A DNA stretch of 63,877 bases, the filler included, from Octopus bimaculoides (lineage: Eukaryota), in the NCBI RefSeq assembly GCF_001194135.2. It is 7 parts of 7 records of this genome, joined end to end, with 100 filler letters (N's around TTAATTAATTAA, not from the genome) between each part and the next. Parts side by side here need not be neighbours in the genome. Positions count along the whole stretch, not along the records: positions 12,916 to 24,348 come from NC_068987.1; positions 24,449 to 54,114 come from NC_068997.1; 5 more parts are not named here. One strand, written 5' to 3'. Positions 22,647 to 35,239 of the stretch are shown here, piece after piece (within the stretch, counting starts at the first letter, position 1; each line of letters starts with the position of its first letter). The position numbers and the translations under genes were made by a program. The notes beneath the pieces were generated by a model that was not told where the DNA came from, searched no databases, and saw only the letters and a program-made list of their open reading frames with translations.

Positions 22647-23592
22647 AAATGCCTTGATGCAGTTCCAGGAAGTAGTTCTCATGACTTCTGATCTTAACTG
22701 ATTTGAAGTGTTATCATGTACATTGTTTTGTCTTGGTATAAAAGATGGGCTACAGCAAATATTCTGCTTGATACCACAGATCTGCTAATCAGTTTGTTTG
22801 ACCTTAACACTTGAGCATGTCCCTTAGTAGTTGATCATGAGCAGAAGAAATTGTGGAACATCATAGCCATGTGTCTAGAGGAATTCTTTGGGTCTTGAAT
22901 AATTCACCTCCGGAAACATGGGTGTTTCGTTCATCATCCTTAACCCTTATTCCATTGAGCGCAATGGGCTACTCGACCTAAAGCAGATTATAACTGGGCT
23001 GTTTATCTTGATATGAGACCACTATGTTGCGCATATATGGTTGTGATGCAGTACCAGGCAGTGGTTCTCATGGCTCCTGATCTTAATTGATTGGAAGTGT
23101 TATCATGTACATTGTTTTGTCTTGGTATAAAAGATGGGCTACAGCAAATATTCTGCTTAATACCACAGATTTGCTTGTCAGTTGTTTGACCTTAACCAGT
23201 TGAGCATATCCTTTAGTGGTTGACGATATGTGCATCTCTGTTCCCGTGCAGAAGTAGTGGGGTAGCATCATAGCCATGTGTAGAGAGGAATTATTTGGGG
23301 TTTGAATAATTCAGCTTTGGAAACATGGGTGTTTTGCTCAACATGCTTAAACAAACCTTATTCAGAGACATTTGAGCGCGATGGGCTAATCGACCTGAAG
23401 AAAATTCTAACTGGGCCCCACCCAGGAGGTCATGCGCTGTTTATCTTGATATGAGATTACCATGTCGCGCACATATGGTTGCGATGCATGTGCCTGGTGT
23501 ACCCTTATCAGACGGGTAGTCATGATGGGTATAATGGGCTTCGTATATTTTACCCCAGTGTCACTTTGATGGCATGCACTGCTCTCTCACGC
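22647..23592 (+). mobile_element. Two tandem copies of an (AAT)n-flanked interspersed repeat (family E), probably a non-LTR retroelement terminus
   Basis: Unit start gatgcagt(t/a)ccagg at about 22658 and about 23046; shared ttggaagtgttatcatgtacattgttttgtcttggtataaaagatgggctacagcaaatattctg. A third fragment lies at 61.3 kb. Confidence 0.75.
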
Positions 23593-23593
<1 letters not shown>

Positions 23594-23670
<77 letters not shown>

Positions 23671-23680
23671 AATGATGATG

Positions 23681-23726
<46 letters not shown>

Positions 23727-23849
23727 TAATAATAATAATAACAATAATAATAATAATGACAATTATTATTATGATTATTATTATTGTTATTTTTATTTAT
23801 TATTATTATTATTATTGTTATTTATTATTATTATTATTGTTATTATTGA

Positions 23850-23889
<40 letters not shown>

Positions 23890-23890
23890 G
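23594..23890. repeat. (AAT)n-(GAT)n-(AAT)n-(ATT)n compound microsatellite
   Basis: Directly visible. Confidence 0.95.
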
Positions 23891-24574
23891 TCATTCTAAA
23901 CACTAAATACACAAATCATTTAATCTCCCAAGAAATCATCCACGTTGATGATTTCTTCGGAGTCGAATTGATTTGCGCATTTAAACAGCGGAGTGATTAC
24001 ATAACATATAAAGTCGAATTTTCACAAACACGAAGTTGAAATTTTTTTTGCAATGAAATTATTGTCTTCAATAAATTTCCTTATTTTTTATTATTAATTT
24101 TGTTTCTGTACAATTTTTCAGTCACCTTTTACCTTCTGTTTTTCTTTTTTCTTTTTTTTTTTTATAGTGTTAATTGATCCAATAAATATACATGTTACTT
24201 TTTTCAATATCAATTCAATCAACTCGAACAGCAATTGGCATGTTTACATTCTCTGCGATGCCTTGAAGCAATTTCATTTTACATGAATAGAGTTTTGATT
24301 AATACCTAAAAGAAAAAAAAGCTTCTGACCACGTTATGTACACACACANNNNNNNNNNNNNNNNNNNNNNNNNNNNNNNNNNNNNNNNNNNNTTAATTAA
24401 TTAANNNNNNNNNNNNNNNNNNNNNNNNNNNNNNNNNNNNNNNNNNNNATATATATATATATATATATATATAACAGTTGCTAACTGAATATTAAATACA
24501 TAATTAACTGCAGTTGCTTAGAATATGGTGATAAGCAAAAATTCTTTCTACTATGAGCGCGTGGTTTGAAATTT

Positions 24575-24725
24575 GATTGCATCGACCTCATTACTTATCT
24601 GGTACTTATTATCAACCTCCAAAGGATGAAAGGCATAGTAAACCTAGCCAGAATTTGAACCGAGAGCGTGAAAACGGGCAGAATACCGCTAAGCACTTCC
24701 AGCATGCTTACTATTCTGCCAGCCC
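24575..24725 (-). mobile_element. SINE family C, diverged
   Basis: ggtacttattatcaacctccaaaggatgaaaggc...aataccgctaagcac...tctgccagc. Confidence 0.8.
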
Positions 24726-26390
24726 AGGCAAAAATATTTAGGCAGTATTGTAAGGGGCATAACTCTAAGATAGAAATGATTGGAGTTGCCCCCCTTGTGT
24801 CCTTAGTCAGCAAGCCACATTATCTGAAATTAGAAACGTGTTATCTTTCCTTGTATATTGTGAGCAGTTCATGTTTTCTCATGGTATTTGGTCCTTCTGA
24901 TGCTTTGGGCCTAATAAAAACCTCACATTACTTGAAAGACATAAACACGAATAGTAGAAATATGACCATTGAGTTTATGGTCTCAATTCCTAACAATAAT
25001 GCAATTCTTGACAAATTTTTACCTTTTTCATTTCCTTTGCTTTGCCTTTCAGTCAATAACATCATTTCAAAATTGAATGAAATTTTCATCTTGCTTGGAC
25101 CAACGGCATCAGTTCACACATACTGAAAGTTATAGTCAACACCAAAAGATTTTAAAAAAGAATAATTTCATGTATATTCTTTTAATTCCATACCTTATAG
25201 TATGCTAAAAATAATAACCAGTTTTGTTATATAAACTTTTATACTTTTAAATTTTTCGTTGGAAAACTACTGTGACAAAAGTTTACTAAATAACAAAAAA
25301 GTTGTAAGACAAAACTTGTCCATTGTTTTATCTAATATTACGAAAATTGAATGCCAAAATGAATTGTTGATATCCACGAAGTGATTTTTCTTCATCAACT
25401 TCATAAAAAAAATAATAATAATAAACAAAAAGAGATGCTAGTGCATCTTCCCACTTCTTCATTAGCAATAAAAATAGTAATGAAGTTGTAAATAAAAAAG
25501 AAAAACAAATAAAACAAGCAAGCAAATATGTCAACAAAAAACCAGTGACATGAACGTGAAAAGTGATGATCTTATAAAATCAAGTAGGCCTGTGTAGAAA
25601 CGAAATATTTCAAAGCTAATTTGCTTTTTTTTTTTTGTTACTTTTTATTTCCAAATATTTTGTTGCTGCTATCGCAAACTTGATGATTATTTCCCTTGGA
25701 TAAGTACAAGGATAACAGAAGAGATTTATAAGCCCAATGAAGCCTTTTTCATTACTTCACAAATATTTTGTCTATTTAGGCTTTCATAATCTCGATGAAA
25801 AATTAGTTCTAGTCTTCTTTTACTTTTCTTTTCTTTCTCTAATATTTCTTTTCCCTTTTGTTTGTTGTTGCTGTTGTACTTTTTGTTCTTCACCTACTCT
25901 TCTCTCCTTATCTTCTCCTTTCCCCTTTCTTCTAATGACCTTGATGTAAAGAAACTGCTAGAGATGTTTGGAAGCATTCCTTCTGCTATCAGCTTCAATA
26001 ATACAGATTCTTCAGATAACTGATACACAAGAATCATTAACTTATATGTTTTTCTTAGATTCACATTTTACTACAGCAATAATACTGATTTATTTTTACA
26101 AATGGTATCATATTTCTGAAATCTTGGCCCACTTCTAGTTTCTTCTTCTTCATCCACTCCACTTGTCTGTCTTTTCTCCTCTTACACTTCCATCTTTCTT
26201 AATTATCTATATATTTAAGATACTAATGAAATAAATATTTGTGATATTGTTTCATTTGAATATCATATATAAAAGTAGATTTAGTGGGGTGAATTTAGGA
26301 GATTAGACTGTAGTATGCAGTAGCTAATTATTTTATAAATCTCAGAGGTATTAAAGTGTTAGCATGCACACACACACACACACACACACA

Positions 26391-26427
<37 letters not shown>

Positions 26428-27794
26428 GCAAAAATACATACAGTACTTTGAGGGTTAATCTAGGAGATAAAAAATAATACACCTAGCTTAAAATATATAT
26501 ATATATATATATAAATATACAAACATTCATATGTTTGTATATTTAAACCTCTTCATATTTGCAGACAAAACAAGAAACTATACAAGAGAAGTGAAAATAC
26601 ATACAACAGTATCTTATAACCTACAAAACGATCAGCATTAACATATACAAATCAATGCGTAATGCATAGTAATGAATCACAAGATCTAAGACAGACTAAT
26701 ATATTTCACAAACAAAAAAAAGATACCTTCAAAACATTGAGGTCCTTAAAATAACTTGCACTTTCACCGAAATGCAGACTTATTAATCTTGCCAAAAATA
26801 ATGTAGTTTGTAAAACAATCTTAGATATTATGAATATTGACACTAAGTGGTCAAAAATATGAATCTGTAGATTCAAATTTGAATGTGTTTCAACAGTGTC
26901 CAAAACTGAAATGAAAATTTATTTAATTTGACATCATTGATCATTATTTTTCCATAAACCAGGATCTACTAAAAGCTGTCCATCTTGTCAGAAGAAGCAA
27001 GAAGTAACATATGAAGTCATATGATGAATATTATGCCACAACATCCCTACATTTTGACAAGTTAAAAAAAAGACAGAATGGGTGATTTCAATGTAACCGC
27101 TGGCTTTGATGGGGCCAAAATATGTGCAATTATAGGTTTGCTTTATGTGGCATAGCTGGTCATAGACTGAAGAACTGGAAGTGAAAGGGAAGTGACATCA
27201 GGTGAGGAGGAGAGGAGGAAGAAGAGGAGAGTGATTTGAAAAGGGTGTTTTGGACAGGTGGGCTGGTTAGCTTGAACAATCTCTGCATATTCTAGCTTCT
27301 GGCTGGTAGTGAGGAGGAGGTAGGGCAGTGAGTGTCTCTGAGATGCATAACAAGTTTGAGTCAGTGACTGAGGGGTTCCCAGAGGTTAAGGTAAGAGAAT
27401 TATTTTTGCCATTTATCATACGGGGTGTTTCAGCTCCTATTTTCTTTAGTTAATGTTTCACATAGCAATGAAAATAAAGACTGGAAGTAATTTTATTTGG
27501 CCTTTTTTTTCTGGTGAAGGTGATGTTGTGGCCAGAATTTAAAAAAGTAAGGCTTGTCATGAAGTTACATGGAATAAAGGATGTGGGGAGTCTCATGCTT
27601 GTATACCTGGAAGAAAGTAGACAAAATTTGTATCTGGAGATGGACAAGTTTGACTAATTATAGCCTGAGAAGATTGAGGAGTGGTTAAAAGATGCTTACT
27701 TGGAGGTTGCCTTCATGGCATGTAAGAAGCCAGGGAGGGTGAGAGGGATGGGATGACGGATGAATGATTATGTGAGCGAGATCAAGATACATAG

Positions 27795-27955
27795 GTGCAG
27801 GCATGACTTGGGTGGTAAGAAACTTGCTTCCCAACCACATGGTTCCATGTTCAGCTCAATTGTGTAGCACCATGTGCAAGTGTCTTCTACTATAGCCTCT
27901 GGCTGACCAAAGCCTTGTGGGTGGATTTGGTAGACGGAAACTGAAAGAATCCCAT
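27795..27955 (+). mobile_element. SINE family B, 5' part
   Basis: gcaggcatgacttgggtggtaagaaacttgcttcccaaccacatggttcc...gtagacggaaactgaaagaatccc. Confidence 0.9.
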
Positions 27956-28345
27956 AATATATATATATATATATATATATATGAATGTATATAATATCAG
28001 AATTTAATCTCTCCACCCTGAAGACAGATCTATCCAATGTTTCTTTGCTTTCAACACTGGTTGCATATTCTGGTGAACTACATCTGCCAAAATTATGAAG
28101 TAATTCTGAGCCCCCAGAAACAGCTGTCAGACTTGTAACACCATATCTTCTCCCCTTTATTTTTCTGAGTCTTTGTACTCTGTATAATCTTGCTCCATTA
28201 GTATATAAATATCCATATATGTATTTATACATATATAAGAAGAAGAAGAAAGAAGACAGAAGTAAACCACCAACCTTGCCCTACTCTAAAACAAATTTGA
28301 GGTGTCAAGCAGAGACCACCAGTTCACAATTTTCCTTACACTCTT

Positions 28346-29095
28346 ATACAGGTTGATGGGAAAAGCTTAAATTATGTGAAGCCATTTACATGTCTTAGTA
28401 GTAAAGTGAATTTGAGCACTTCCCTTGATGACGAAATCGTCAACTGTCTTGCAAAGGCAACCAATGCATTTGGCAATCTCCATCATCACCTATGGAATGA
28501 AAGGGGCATCAAACTCGACACCAAAGTACAGGTTTATAAAACAGCCATTCTTACTACTCTCTTGTATGGCTCAGAATTGTAGATACCCTATAGACGACAC
28601 ATTAACCAACTAGACATCTTCTACAAAGACTGTCTGAGGACAATCTGCAGTTAATCACTAAAAGGCAAAGTTCCTAATGCCGCCTTGTTTAGCAAGTGTA
28701 AGGTTGGTGGAATTGAGAGCTTCCTTATACAATCATAATTGTGCTGGGCTGATCATGTTGTCACAATGAGTGATGAGAGAATACTGTAAGTCCTCATGTA
28801 CAGCCAGCTTTAGAATGAACCCAGGAATGTTGGCTGACAATGGCTCAGATATAAGGACAAGCTGAAGAGTAACTTCTTAGTGATGAAGATAGCTTATTGC
28901 CTTAGTACAAACAAAATGGAGTTGTTGTGTCAAAATGGTATTAAAAACTTTGTTGCAACCAGCATTAATAAGCTTCAGGGTGCAAGGCAAAGGAGAAAAG
29001 CGGCTGCAAATATACCACAAATCTTCAAAATTTGCAACATTTGTGGCCTTCTTTGCAAATCGTTGGTGGGACTTAAATGTCACTCTTTGATATAA
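28346..29095 (+). mobile_element. RTE (BovB-like) LINE, 3' coding remnant
   Basis: FTCLSSKVNLSTSLDDEIVNCLAKATNAFGNL...TKVQVYKTAILTTLLYGSE (RT thumb region) and a C-terminal ICNICGLLCKSLVGLKCH zinc-finger remnant. Many stops. Confidence 0.9.
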
Positions 29096-29429
29096 GCATT
29101 ATGACTAACAAAGAAAGAGTACATTGTTGGAACATCATATGTTGAAACCAACGCGAGAGTCCATCATTTATACTTTAATATACATTGTCTAGGAATTTTC
29201 AGCGTTGCTTTCTCTTTATTTATATGTATACATGTTTATATATTTTGTACATCAAGCCCAAGCTGTTTTATTTCCTTATTTGCATCATTATCTCCATATC
29301 TGCTCACCTGGATTCCTCTTATAGTTACTCTTTACCCCATGGATGTAGTCTGTGGTAAAGATTTCAGAATGTAAGTTCAAATCATTTAAGTGCTACTTAG
29401 TGTTTGAGCATCTCTGGATCTCTTCTGTT

Positions 29430-29670
29430 GACTATAGGTGTGTGTGTGAGTGTGTCTTTGTGTCTGTGTTTGTCCCCCCACCACTTGACAACTAGTGTTG
29501 ATTTGTTTACATCCTTGTAAGTTAGTGATTTGGCAAAAAGAGACTGATAAAATAAGTACCAATCCTAAAAATGAAAATAAGTATTGGGGTTGATTCATTT
29601 GATTAAAAATTCTTCAAGGCAATATCCTTGCATGGCTGTAGTCTAATGACTGAAACAGATAAAAGAAAGA
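29430..29670 (+). mobile_element. SINE family B, 3' domain
   Basis: gtgtttgtccccca...cttgacaactagtgttg...gataaaataagtacc...gcatggctgtagtctaatgactgaaac. Confidence 0.85.
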
Positions 29671-30412
29671 TACTAGCTGGGTTTTCTGACTGGGTGATGG
29701 GGAGAGAGGTGAAATTGGTATTTGTGACTGGTTTCCATGACGTTATCTCATTGAGATAAGGTCAGAGGAACCAGACACATTTGTACATACACATAGATAT
29801 GTAAGTGGAAGTGGATGTGCTCGGTGTGCAACAAGATTATCGTTTTGGTTGTGGTTCTTAATTGTATTCTCCTTAAACTCCTTCTACTGCCTGATCTGGT
29901 TGGGTTCAAAGCAGCCTGTAGAGGACGAGAATGTAAAACAAAAAGTACATCTCTTATGAGAGAAAAACATGCAGCATGAATTAGATATTCTTTTATTTCT
30001 TCTGTTACAATTATTTCTGTGTTCAGTAATTGATTTTGTTATATTTTATATGTGATTTACAAAGAGCATTTAATCATACCAAACATGTTCTCAGATATGG
30101 CCAAAATATGAATCACAATCATGCAAGCATTTTATATAAATACCTGAGAGATATGAGATGATCAGTGGGAAGGGGAGAGGCAGAATGGGATGTAGGTTAA
30201 TCCCTAACAACATGTGTATATAGGTGGAGAGATAACAATATAATGAAATTGGAGGGGATATAAATCACCAAACCAGACATAGGTTTTCTGCTGGGGTGTC
30301 TAGCTGGGGTGCACACTAATCTGCTCCATGCAACAAATGAGTTGTTTGCTTTCATCACAATACGTGCACATAGGCATACACACATACACACTCCCATGTA
30401 CATTCATATATA

Positions 30413-30520
30413 TCATCATCGTCGTTTAACGTCCGCTTTCCATGCTAGCATGGTTTGGACGATTTGACTGAGGACTGGTGAAACCAGATGGCTACACCAG
30501 GCTCCAATTTGATTCGGCAG
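30413..30520 (-). mobile_element. 3' tail of an RTE-type LINE/SINE with (GAT)n end
   Basis: catcatcgtcgtttaacgtccgctttccatgctagcatgg, near-identical to 39823-39969 and similar to 50570-50686. Confidence 0.75.
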
Positions 30521-30542
30521 ATATATATATATATATATATAT

Positions 30543-31412
30543 ATAGGGTGCGGTGAATAAACTGTCATCTAAATTATACAAAAATGAAAAATAACACTGA
30601 CATTTCATTTTAATAGACATATTTACCAAAATTACATAAAAATATCTTGAAATGCTAAAGAGTAAATTTATTCAATAAAATCGCCATTGGCTTCAACCAT
30701 GACCTCCACATGACTTTGGAATCTTATGCAACTCTCATGAACAGTTTCTTTGTTTAAGTTGATGAATGCTGCCATAATCCTTGCCTTCAGTTCATCTTTG
30801 GTGTTACAAGGAGTTTTGTTGGTCTCTTGTTCAACTGTGCAACCCACACATAATAATCAAGGGGGTTGCAGTCTGGGGAGTTAGGTGGCCAAATGTTAGG
30901 GGTAGTTTGGTTGCAGAAATTGTCTGACAGCTGTGACTAGGTTCTCCTGGTGGTGTGGCAGGGTGCAGAGGCCTGTTGCCAGACACAGGGTCTTCCAACA
31001 GCTACCCTCTTGACCCAGGGAAGCACTACCTCCTCCAGGCACTTGATGTAGTCTTCTGTGTTGAGTTTGTGGCCGTATGGGAAGATGAATGGAGGCATAA
31101 TGTCACCATCACTATTGGTCACTCCAAACACCATGATGTTGACTGGATGTTTGAATTTTATCACTCTCAGTACATGTCCTTAGATTACACTCTGAAATGT
31201 TTGTATTGGAGTTTCTGGTGCAAAAGTGAAGTAGTACAACACATCGTTCCCAAATTTCTGGCAGAGTGAATTGTATCATGGTGCTGTTTTTCTCACAGAA
31301 AATGCCCAACTGACTATACTATACCATGTAGACAACAAAATCAAAAACAAACAATGCACATGCACAAGATTAAAAGTATAAAATGGCGACAATTACCTAT
31401 TGCACCCTGTAT
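30543..31412 (-). mobile_element. DD37D (maT) transposon, internally deleted, with imperfect TIRs
   Basis: Ends ta(t/c)agggtgc...tgtc. Protein IMVFGVTNSDG...WQQASAPCH...WPPNSPDCNPLDYYVW shows 37-residue spacing with the second D mutated to A. Confidence 0.92.
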
Positions 31413-32084
31413 ATGCACCCACATAAATCTCCCTGTTTATATATATGTATGTGTGTATATATAAGCATGTGTGTATGTGTATGTGTTTGTGTATACAAAG
31501 GAGTGCATGTAGGTATGTACGTCTGAATGTCTGTTTGCAGATGACATGATGGGGTGCTAACAACTCTTTTGCTGAATGGGGCAGATAAGTGGACACAGTA
31601 GTTGAAAACCTGTGTCTGGCTTGGTTGCTGGTGATTTATAACTCACCAGGTCAAACAGCTTGACCTCTGTCTCTAGATATCATTTGGTGACTTACCTCAT
31701 ATTGTTATCCATCCAACTATATACACTTGTTGTTATGGACAAACCCACATCCCATCTTTCCTCTTCCCTTTCCATTGGTCATGTACCTTTCAGGTATTTA
31801 TGTAAGATGCTTACTTGTTTGTAATTTGTATTTGACCATTTTCTGAGAACATGTTCGGTACGATTACATATTCTTTGTAAGTCACATTTATAATACAATA
31901 TCATCAGTTATTGAACGCAGAAGCATGTGTAACAGATGATACAAAGAAATGTGAAATTCAAGCTCTCTCTTTTACTCTCTCTTTCTCCCTCAGTCAATCT
32001 CTCTCTCTCTCTCTCCCGCTCTCTCTTTTTTCCTATATATATCTTTCCTATATATTTATATCTTTTATTCTTTTATATTCTTTT

Positions 32085-32312
32085 ACTTCTTTCAGTCATT
32101 TGACTGTGGCCATGCTGGAGCACCACCTTTAATTGAACAAATCGACCCCAGGGCTTATTCTTTGTAAGCCTAGTACTTATTCTGTCTGTCTCTTTTGCCG
32201 AACCACTAAGTTACGAGGACATAAACACACCAACATTGGTTGTCAAGCGATGGTGAGGGGAAAAGCACAGACACACAAATACAAGCGCACACACACACAC
32301 ACACATACACAC

Positions 32313-32379
<67 letters not shown>

Positions 32380-32535
32380 ATGGGCTTCTTTCAGTTTCCA
32401 TCTACCTAATCGACTCACAAGGCTTTGGTTGGCCTGAGGCTATTGTAGAAGATACTTGCTCAAGGTACCATAGAGTGGAACTGAACCTGGAATCATGTGG
32501 TTTGGAAGCAATTTTCTTACCACATAACCACTCCT
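32085..32535 (-). mobile_element. Full-length SINE family B with internal (CA)n/(TA)n
   Basis: Complete layout; CpG positions converted to TpG/CpA. Confidence 0.92.
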
Positions 32536-32911
32536 ATATATATATGAAAAATACTGAAAAAAGTTGAAAATACATGAAAATCTTCTTTTATATATGTGTG
32601 TGTAAATGTATTTGTACATCTATGTGTATAATTGTCCACTCATTCATTTAACATCTTATCTTCTAAGCTGGCATGGGTCTGGGCAGAGTGTCATTTGAGA
32701 CAGGATTTTGTAGTCAGACGCTCCTACTGTCATCAGTTCTTACCAGCTTTCTGAGAAAGGGATTTGTTTATTGCACAAGACTTTGAAAGTACAAAGCAAC
32801 TTATTACAATGTCAGCATAGAATGTCAGCATCAACACTGATTTGCTCAAGTGGAGACAGCATAAAATATAAGCCTGCATGTACATTCTCACATGCACATG
32901 CATGGGTGCGT

Positions 32912-32947
<36 letters not shown>

Positions 32948-32969
32948 TGCAGGAACTTCATGGTATATA

Positions 32970-33010
<41 letters not shown>

Positions 33011-33039
33011 ATACATATAAGCACCCCTGTGAAGAGGCA

Positions 33040-34553
33040 GGCTTGAAAAGACTGGAAGAATGGGGGCAGAGAGAATTATATCAGGTAGCTAGAAGAGAAG
33101 CTAAATGACAGGACTATCTAGCAAGTAGCAAGGAGAGAAGCAGTAAAGAAGAGGTTTGTGAATGTTCTGCAGTATGAGGATCAGAAACAATTGGGTTGTT
33201 GTGGGAGAGAGGTGTGTACAGATAGATAATAGTACACTTGCACTTAATGGTTCTGAAAAGAAAGAAGCATGTAAGTGTTTCTATGAAAGGCTATTAGATG
33301 TGAAGAATGTATAGGAAAAAGAGAATCTTCCCAATGTAGACCCAATAGAGAGACCAGCTATCATAGTTGACAGTAATATGACAGATTAAGTAATAAAGAA
33401 CATGGAAGCAGGGAAAAATCTCTGGTTTATCATAAATAACTGCTGAGATGCTACAATTATTTAGCAGAGTAAGATATGGCTTAGTCATCTGTATAGTTAA
33501 TCAGGCTATATGACCTTAATCAAGTCATACAAAAAGGTACTCAACAACTAGTACATTATAGTTAATTGTTGAAAGGTTAAAAAAGATGCCTTAGGTAGAT
33601 GCAAGTAAAGACATACCAATTTGCTGGACCAAGTAATGAAAGTTACAGGAAGAATTATTACCTGATTAATTGGTTTCAAATTTTGGTACAAGGCCAGCAA
33701 ATTTGGGGAAGTGGCCAAGTCAATTAAATTGATCCCAGTGTCCAACTTATTTTATTGTCTCTGAAAGGATGAAAGGTAAAGTCAATGTCGACAGAATTTG
33801 AACTCAGAACATAGAAACAGACAGAATGCCACTAAGCATCTTGCCTGGTGCGCTAATGATTCTGCCTACTTGCCACCTTTTAATAGCCCAATTAATTAAT
33901 AAGTGAATTAAACTTGATGACATGCAGTTTGATTTTATACCTGAGAGACAAACTACTGCTGTTCTCTTTCTTGTAAGACAACTGCAAGAGAAGTATTTAG
34001 CTGAAAGTAAGCCATTATACTTAGTATTCATCAACTTGGACAAAGTCTTCAACAAGGTTCCTTGCTCTATAATCTAAAAGTCTCTAAGTAAGCTAGTGGT
34101 GGAGTCATGCAACCCTGGTACAGGAATACTGTAAGTATGGTAAGAATTAGTAATGAGTACAGCAAGAAATTTATCAGGGCTTGACTCTTAGTCTTTAGTC
34201 TTAGTCTTAGAAAACAGACAGGACTCTTCTTCTTTCAGGAAATGACCCTGCTTGATATCTACGGAAGGTTTAGGTAGAAACTCCACACAATGTATTCAAT
34301 GTAAGCTATGAATACATAAGAGGTGCAGTGGAATCAGGAAAGTTAACAGAGAAAGGTAGACTTCATTTGTGGCAGATGCGTAAGAGCAATAAACTCTAAG
34401 AATACATGGAAAATAGATTTAGATTTTCTTAAATGTGCAGATGTTTCATACGGTAATAGATAGTTTCTGTCACCTAAGTGACCTAATTAGAAGTGGAGGG
34501 GGATGGTCTGAAAGTATAGTTGCTAGACTGTTACTTCTATTGGTAATGTAAGG

Positions 34554-34592
<39 letters not shown>

Positions 34593-35040
34593 CACAAACA
34601 CACACACACACACACACACGGTGTAAGGCAGATGGTATGATGCTTGTATATGAACAACAATGCTACATGTTGGCTCTAAATGCAGAGGACAAGCAAAGAC
34701 TTGAAAGAAATGAAGCTAGTATGCTCTGTTGGATATGCAATATATGACAAAATGCAACTGTGTTGAGAGAAAAATTGAGCATAAGAGGAATCAGATGTAG
34801 TGTTTAAGAGAGCAAACTGCATTATTATGGTCATGTGATGTGTATGGTTAAAGATAGCTTTTTAAAAGAAATGCCAATTGCTTAAAGTGGATGGAACTTG
34901 TGGAAGAAAGCAATCCAGAAAGATGTGACATGAAGTAGTGAAGACTGATCTCAATGTGTTGAGCCTCATGAAAGAAATGGAAAAGAACCAATATGATTGG
35001 AAAAAATTGAATAACTCCAGCAATTTAGCTTGGAAAAGTA
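33040..35040 (+). mobile_element. Fragmented RTE-group LINE (second family)
   Basis: RELYQVARREAK (33.07 kb), KPLYLVFINLDKVFNKVP (34.0 kb; RT motif), DSFCHLSDLIRSGGG (34.46 kb), AEDKQRLERNEASMLCWIC (34.7 kb). Interrupted by a SINE and microsatellites. Confidence 0.8.
33690..33880 (-). mobile_element. SINE family C inside the RTE remnant
   Basis: gaaaggatgaaaggtaaagtcaatgtcgacagaatttgaactcagaac...gccactaagcatcttgcctggtgcgctaatgattctgcc. Confidence 0.85.
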
Positions 35041-35239
35041 CATTAATGTGCCAAATTTTAAAATTTTTGATGAACTTTAATTTTTGAAATGCTGGCAGCC
35101 AAACGAACTGGATCCATATTTGCTCCAGTCAAGAATGTCATCTGACTCTGCTCTATTGACTTCTTCTTCTCTTTGGGAATACCACACTGCCTTTCTGACA
35201 CCATCTGTAGAAATTCGTTTTCACATTTTCACTTTACTG

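Larger units (their letters stand above)
30075..31870. repeat. Inverted pair of an about 290-bp unclassified repeat enclosing younger insertions
   Basis: 30075-30360 resembles the reverse complement of 31545-31870 (aacatgttctcaga; ataaatacctga; ggataacaatat; ccagaca(t/c)aggttttc; gagttgtt). Confidence 0.7.

Noticed and set aside
24668-25126. 152-aa ORF
   Set aside because: It starts inside a SINE C copy, has no recognisable domain, and has no supporting splice context.
26950-27025. Plus-strand candidate terminal exon STKSCPSCQKKQEVTYEVI*
   Set aside because: Very short; a CxxC motif and an AG can arise by chance; no corroborating exons.
27050-27760. Possible LINE endonuclease remnant (LLCISETL on the minus strand)
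   Set aside because: Only one short motif; the other endonuclease motifs could not be found by eye.
31691-31850. Minus-strand micro-exon-like signals (GAG|GTAAGT; CAA|GTAAGC)
   Set aside because: They lie in a repeat with an inverted copy at 30075-30360.
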